This document shows positions 59,004 through 64,000 of a stretch of 64,000 nucleotides of DNA, piece after piece. The position numbers and the translations under genes are program-made. Position 1 is the first letter of the stretch; each line of letters starts with the position of its first letter. The notes beneath the pieces are model-generated. The model was not told the DNA's origin. It did not search any database and was given only the letters and a program-made list of their open reading frames with translations. The stretch comes from Candidatus Altimarinota bacterium (GTDB taxonomy: Bacteria; Patescibacteriota; Gracilibacteria; 1-14-2-50-48-13): positions 1,088,001 to 1,152,000 of the forward strand of contig JBKBWQ010000001.1 in the NCBI GenBank assembly GCA_046314355.1, read 5' to 3'.

Positions 59004-60749
59004 TTAGTTTGTATAAGCGAGGTTCACATATCCAACCTGTGCAAGAGAACTGGCTGTACTGTTGTCAAAGAGCTTTGCTCTAATTTCTACCACATCACCT
59101 GCGTCAAGTGCTGTACTTCCAGTACATCCTGTGGTAATAGTAGCCGCTGCTATAGTACCTGTTGCCCATGCATTATTTGAGAAGTTACCTGTACTTGTTC
59201 CGCAAGATGTAGGTGCTCCTGTTGTAAGATCTGTTGCGTTCAAGATAGAGAAGTCAACAGCATTATTAGTTGCTGCATTGAGACCCGTCTTGTATCGGAA
59301 TGTAAATGCACCCGTTGTCTTATAGTCTGCCGGAAGAGTCATTCTGAAACGTACTTCAATATCCTGTAGAACTCCCTTGGTAGAGCTCCAATCATAGTAA
59401 TGTTCATTTACGTTTGATGCAGAATCATAATCTGCAGAAAGAGTACCGTTGTTGTTTGTTCCATCCTTAAATATGATCTGATCTGGATACTCTGGGTCTT
59501 TTCTTAAATTACTTGCTGCTCCAGAAGATCGCTTCCATGTACCTGGGGTACCAGTTGCAGTACAGATGTATATTGCCTTTGTTGTTGTATCAAGAGCAAT
59601 TTCATTAACTGTTGTACATGCTGCGGCGGTAATACTTGCTACCTCTCTCATTCTTTGCGAAGAAGTACCTGAGAAATTCACTGTACCAGTAGAAGTAATA
59701 CCTGTAAGTCCGCTTGCGACACCGGCTCCAGTGATATTCCATGTGGAACTTGAGATACTTACCTGATCTTCCGCTGTGATTGCAACGTTACCCTGACCAG
59801 CGCCAGCATTTGTTGCAGCGATGCTCATTGCGAGGTTTGATGCACTGTTACCAGTAAGTGTAAGATTTGAATTATCTGAAGATGTTGATGAAAATGCTCC
59901 TGAATTGAATGTAAGATTTCCTGTTCCTGCGGCAATTGAGAATGCCTGGTTACCTGTTGTTAATGTCTTATCAGCATCTTTTGCGAATACACTTTCAAAA
60001 TCCTGAGGACCAGCTGTTGAAAATGTATTTGTTGCAGTACAGAGCTGAAGTGTATTTGATGTTGTATTGTAGAAAGCATCACCTACTATACATGTTCCTG
60101 GATTTGCTGCTCCTGATGGAAGTGCCAATCTTGTTGCTCCGCTAAGATCTGCTACACCATTTACATCTAAAGTTGTACCTGCGTCCGTAGTAAGAGTACC
60201 ACTTGTATAGGATGTAGATGTATCGCTTCTAAGAAACTGAGATGCTGTCAGACCACCGAGAGTACTTGCATCACCCGCAGGCAATGTTCCCCATGTAGCC
60301 GCACCTGCAATACCTGTAGCCGTACATATTTCTATCCGGTTTGAGGTAGTATTGACGATGAGTTCATTTAAAGTCGTACATGCTGCACTTGTAGTTGGAT
60401 TTGCGCTTTCACGGATTCTTGTTTGAGATGCTCCTGAGAAATTTACAGAACCTGTTGCTGAAAGACCTCCTGTGATATCTACAGTGTGATCAATCAGGAA
60501 TTTATCATTCGTGATATCCCAGGTAATGTTACCATTCTCAGATGCCGTAGAGTCATTACCAAATTTTATTGATGTATTTTGTGCGCCGGTTCCTAATGCA
60601 TCAAGCTGCAGATTTGGAGATTCCATAATGAAGAAAGTATCATTCTGGAATATAATAGCCGCTGATGCTGAGTCGAGAGGAGAAGCAAGAGTGACGGCCA
60701 TCACTGCTAGCACTCCGATAGTTTTGAGTAACCGGTTTTTTGTATTCAT
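59004..60749 (-). CDS. Secreted phage-tail-fibre-like protein
   Basis: Signal peptide (ASA^A), DASTLGGL.ASQFLRSD motif, and three Cys-pair modules (CTTLNE..NTTSNRIEICTA; CIVGDAFYNTTSNTLQLCTA; CTTVNE..DTTTKAIYICTA). Confidence 0.72.
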   Translation of the reverse strand: MNTKNRLLKTIGVLAVMAVTLASPLDSASAAIIFQNDTFFIMESPNLQLDALGTGAQNTSIKFGNDSTASENGNITWDITNDKFLIDHTVDITGGLSATGSVNFSGASQTRIRESANPTTSAACTTLNELIVNTTSNRIEICTATGIAGAATWGTLPAGDASTLGGLTASQFLRSDTSTSYTSGTLTTDAGTTLDVNGVADLSGATRLALPSGAANPGTCIVGDAFYNTTSNTLQLCTATNTFSTAGPQDFESVFAKDADKTLTTGNQAFSIAAGTGNLTFNSGAFSSTSSDNSNLTLTGNSASNLAMSIAATNAGAGQGNVAITAEDQVSISSSTWNITGAGVASGLTGITSTGTVNFSGTSSQRMREVASITAAACTTVNEIALDTTTKAIYICTATGTPGTWKRSSGAASNLRKDPEYPDQIIFKDGTNNNGTLSADYDSASNVNEHYYDWSSTKGVLQDIEVRFRMTLPADYKTTGAFTFRYKTGLNAATNNAVDFSILNATDLTTGAPTSCGTSTGNFSNNAWATGTIAAATITTGCTGSTALDAGDVVEIRAKLFDNSTASSLAQVGYVNLAYTN

Positions 60750-60920
60750 GGTGTGTGTAGATATAAAGTTGCCTCAAGCTTGACGAAATTTTAACCTTTT
60801 ATGATGTTTTTTACTCCGTTTTCTGCTCTTGACATCATATAATAACATGAGTTGATCAAAAAAACACGTTTTTTCTATGACTTTTTTAGAAAATACGTGT
60901 TTTTTATTTTTCATCCTTAA

Positions 60921-61529
60921 TTAAGTAGTAATACTAGATATTTTTTTGAAGTTTTCATCGCATTTTGCCCAGTTGATATTGTTCCAGAAATCTTCTATAT
61001 ATGACTTTCTATCTGATCCATAGTCAATAAAATAAGCATGCTCATATACATCTAGTGTCAGTACAGGAAATGCTCCCCAGATTCCTCCCTGATCATGTGC
61101 ATCACATCCATAGATATGAAGCTTTTTATCTGTAGTATCCCATGCACATACTGCCCATCCTCGTACAGACATTCCTGTTGCGCTTAAGTGTAATTTAAAA
61201 TCTTCAAGGGAGCCAAAATCCTTTGTAATCTGTTTGAAGAGATCGCTATCTTCAGAAAGTGAAGTGTTGCCTAATGTAGAAAAATAAGATTCATGCAGTG
61301 TAACTCCGTTTCGTGCAAAGGCTTCACTTGTTTTTAGTCCTCGGTATTGGGAATATACTTGGTTCGCGCTTGTGAGATCCACACTTGCAAGTTTTTCTTC
61401 TATTTCTTTTGTCTTGTTAACGTAGCCTACATAGAGTTTATCATGGTGTATTGCAAGCGTTTCCTTTGAAATTTTTCCTTCCAGCTGGTCAGGATCAAAA
61501 GGTAGCGGCTGCTCATTATAAGAAAACAT
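60921..61529 (-). CDS. Fe/Mn superoxide dismutase
   Basis: ETLAIHH, NGVTLHESYF, LDVYEHAYFIDY metal ligands. Metal specificity cannot be read from the sequence. Confidence 0.9.
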   Translation of the reverse strand: MFSYNEQPLPFDPDQLEGKISKETLAIHHDKLYVGYVNKTKEIEEKLASVDLTSANQVYSQYRGLKTSEAFARNGVTLHESYFSTLGNTSLSEDSDLFKQITKDFGSLEDFKLHLSATGMSVRGWAVCAWDTTDKKLHIYGCDAHDQGGIWGAFPVLTLDVYEHAYFIDYGSDRKSYIEDFWNNINWAKCDENFKKISSITT

Positions 61530-61657
61530 ATATCATAATTATAAAATAGTACTCCTCTATACTACGCCTTTCTATTCCAAAATAAAGTAAGAATTTTCTT
61601 GTCAGAGAGCTCTTTGTCACATAAGATTTTAGTACTTAACTTACTGTTCAATTCCCA

Positions 61658-62488
61658 ATGTCTCTTTTTCTTGCACATGTAGAGTCTGTCACTTCAGCAG
61701 CGAGCGGAGCTGTTCTTAGCGGCTCAGGTCAGGTGGTACAAAATCTAGTTACAGCGCCATGTTCATTTCATAATAATCCTTTTCTATCATGGAGGCTCTT
61801 TTATGAGAATAAGGATACGCTCGCGCTGATCTATACGATCTCATCTGCATTGATGGCGGCATTAGTGCTTACTATCTTTCTTCTTTTACTCTTGAGGAGA
61901 AAAAAGATATTTGTAAGTATTGCTCTTGGGGTATTATTACTTGTATTGCTGGCTACTGGAACTCTTCGTTTTCTTGAGGGGGAGAGAGCAGGATTTGGTA
62001 ATGCCGAATCCAATCATTTGCATTCAGATATTGCACTTTGGATAAATGGTGAAAAATTTAATCTTGGAAATGGAAAATATATTAGTTCTGAAGAATCCAC
62101 TCTCAGTAACTATGCACACATTCATGACTCTCAAGGATCTGTACTTCATGTACATGCAACAGGAGTGACTTATGGATATGCTCTTGAAACTCTTGGTATT
62201 ACATTTGATGAGAAGTGTCTAATTCTTGATCAAGAGAAAAAATCCTATTGTGCAAAGGATTCAGACGGCACACACTTATCTTTTTATCTTAATAGTAAGA
62301 AAGTTGAGAATATAAGAGAAAGAGTAATTAATGATCTCGATAAGCTCTCTATCATCTTCGGACCTGAAGAAGAGCCTTTACAGCAGGAAATTCACAAAGA
62401 GATTACTGATAATGCATGTCTTTATTCAGAAAAATGTACAGACAGGATGTTTGAAAAGGAAGTTCTTGGATGTTCAGGTGAAAACTAA
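61658..62488 (+). CDS. Hypothetical membrane protein with a His-rich extracytoplasmic domain
   Basis: Two TM helices, HLHSD, HIHD..G.VLHVHATGVT, and several Cys. Confidence 0.72.
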   Translation: MSLFLAHVESVTSAASGAVLSGSGQVVQNLVTAPCSFHNNPFLSWRLFYENKDTLALIYTISSALMAALVLTIFLLLLLRRKKIFVSIALGVLLLVLLATGTLRFLEGERAGFGNAESNHLHSDIALWINGEKFNLGNGKYISSEESTLSNYAHIHDSQGSVLHVHATGVTYGYALETLGITFDEKCLILDQEKKSYCAKDSDGTHLSFYLNSKKVENIRERVINDLDKLSIIFGPEEEPLQQEIHKEITDNACLYSEKCTDRMFEKEVLGCSGEN

Positions 62489-62494
62489 TCTACT

Positions 62495-63058
62495 ATGAAA
62501 AATACTTCTCTGCTCTTCATTTTTTGGATCTCGTTATTTCTTTTCTTTGTATTTGCTCTTTTTGCTTTGCTGGAAAGAGGAGCTGTGATGATAGGAAATA
62601 ATACTATGGAAGCTTCACTCTTATCAACTCTTACAGAGAGTGGTAGTGTTGTAAGCCGAGTAGTAGATGGAGATACTATTGAAGTAGTGACAAATAATGT
62701 AAAAGAAAAAATACGTCTTATAGGTATAAATGCGCCTGAGTCTGTGGACCCGCGTAAGGGTGTAGAGTGTTTTGGAAAAGAAGCATCTGCTATGATGAAA
62801 AGTATGATAGAGGGTAAAAGAGTAGAGCTTCGTGAAGATATGACCCAGGAGAACAAAGATAGATACGGACGACTACTCAGATATGTATACCTCAATGATA
62901 CATTGGTTAACCTTGAAATGATCCAAAAAGGTTATGCATATGAATATACTTATAATATTCCTTATGTTCATCAGGCAGAGTTTAGAGATGCTCAAAAAAT
63001 AGCTATACAAAAAGCCGAAGGTCTGTGGGCTTCGGCTACTTGTGCTGGAAAAAAATAG
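62495..63058 (+). CDS. Thermonuclease (SNase) family protein
   Basis: RVVDGDTIEV, IRLIGINAPE, DRYGRLLRYVY, GLW; N-terminal TM. Confidence 0.93.
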   Translation: MKNTSLLFIFWISLFLFFVFALFALLERGAVMIGNNTMEASLLSTLTESGSVVSRVVDGDTIEVVTNNVKEKIRLIGINAPESVDPRKGVECFGKEASAMMKSMIEGKRVELREDMTQENKDRYGRLLRYVYLNDTLVNLEMIQKGYAYEYTYNIPYVHQAEFRDAQKIAIQKAEGLWASATCAGKK

Positions 63059-63060
63059 TA

Positions 63061-63474
63061 CTACTGTATATCTCCTTTATAATACTGGCTAAGAACATCC
63101 TGAAGATCTGAGCTGCTGAAATCTCCACCTGGATGTGAACCTGACAGTGATGAAAGATCCTTTCCGCAGCTTCTTAAGATAGCTTCTTTGCCACCTAGAT
63201 GCTTATCTTCCCAGTTTGTAAGATCATATACTTTTCCATTTATAATCGCCCAGCAGTCACTAGATGTGTTGTGTGCTGCAACCATTTCTTCAGAGTATTT
63301 AGTGTTACTAGAATTTGCAGCTGTAGAAGCGTTATTTGTATTTGTACTCGTTGAGACTGTATTGGTCTCCCGTGTCGGATTAATAATGTTGGAATTGGTT
63401 TGTACTGCAGGGGCAGTGCTGCAGCCTACAAGGAGAAGAGTAAAAGACGCCGAGATAAGAACTTTTTTAATCAT
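63061..63474 (-). CDS. Cytochrome b5-like heme/steroid-binding lipoprotein
   Basis: Lipobox LVGC, T/N linker, HNTSSDCWAIINGKVYDLT, HLGG and HPGG. Confidence 0.85.
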   Translation of the reverse strand: MIKKVLISASFTLLLVGCSTAPAVQTNSNIINPTRETNTVSTSTNTNNASTAANSSNTKYSEEMVAAHNTSSDCWAIINGKVYDLTNWEDKHLGGKEAILRSCGKDLSSLSGSHPGGDFSSSDLQDVLSQYYKGDIQ

Positions 63475-63823
63475 AGGTATAAAAAGAAAACATAAGATAG
63501 TGTAATAGTACTCTTTTTTGCTACTTCGTAAATGGTGGGATATTTTGAGTTTTATTATTAGACTGCAATTATCGGGCTCTCATTATTTAGTCACTTGATT
63601 CTCAACACGCGGCAATAAATTTTATATATTAATAAGAAATAATATATAATTATGTAAAATAACGCGTTGATTCTCTTCCTATAAGTCAAAGCCCCTATTT
63701 TAAATTATTTTTTCTCTCGCTATTTTTAAAAAAATTGATACTCTAAAGCTAAGTGTCTCTTTTGAGCTATTGAGAAATTGGTGAGCATGAGGGGGACGAC
63801 GATTTTATTTAGTGAAAAAAATT

Positions 63824-64000
63824 ATGGATAACGTGTTATTTAAGGATTTACCTCTATCAAAGGAAACACTTCGTGCAATCGAAGACCTAGGATATGAGAA
63901 GGCTTCACCTATTCAGGCGTTAGCAATTCCTCCTCTTCTTGAGGGTAAGGATGTATTGGGACAATCTCAGACAGGTACTGGAAAAACAGCTGCATTTGCA
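63824..64000 (+). CDS. DEAD-box RNA helicase (5' part, runs off the window)
   Basis: Not in the ORF track. [12 protein letters not shown]...[15 protein letters not shown]...[14 protein letters not shown] contains the Q motif and Walker A. Confidence 0.93.
   Translation, partial: MDNVLFKDLPLSKETLRAIEDLGYEKASPIQALAIPPLLEGKDVLGQSQTGTGKTAAFA

Noticed and set aside
56396-60783. Long antisense ORFs over the fibre and SLH genes (for example 56396..57202, 268 aa)
   Set aside because: Expected mirror frames of T/A/S/G-rich genes with biased codon use, with no independent motifs or start signals.

Overview
64 kb of AT-rich bacterial chromosome read in genetic code 11 (TGA is used as a stop). The inferred source is a Patescibacteria/CPR organism of the Peregrinibacteria/Abawacabacteria type. 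This rests on gene content and leader style: mostly Shine-Dalgarno-less leaders, SLH surface proteins, a type IV pilus operon, CPR-style fibre proteins and no central biosynthetic pathway. Housekeeping genes include HU, tilS, gyrA, gyrB, prmC, secF, mnmA, lgt, recQ, prfC, bcp, a superoxide dismutase, a partial DEAD-box helicase, tRNA-Leu(TAG) and tRNA-Phe(GAA). The ORF track misses a >417-aa minus-strand CDS at the left edge, a GIY-YIG pseudogene behind tRNA-Leu and the helicase at the right edge. The most notable observations are: (1) an AT-rich gap with 11 exact TGTCTA boxes, a candidate non-canonical oriC or protein-binding array; (2) two secreted fibre-like proteins with a shared N-terminal module flanking an SLH protein, a candidate modular adhesin system; (3) an operon of a Pol-beta nucleotidyltransferase/APH-kinase fusion, a NUDIX-like protein and an NTP-transferase, running into recQ; (4) a decayed tRNA-Phe island carrying a protein with an unrecognised 60-aa repeat; (5) structured RNA elements around the S-layer gene and behind tRNA-Leu; (6) a PilC lacking its N-terminal domain, with two copies of a similar domain on a separate membrane protein. 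No CRISPR array, rRNA, transposase, integrase or reverse transcriptase was seen. All family calls come from motif recognition, not database searches.
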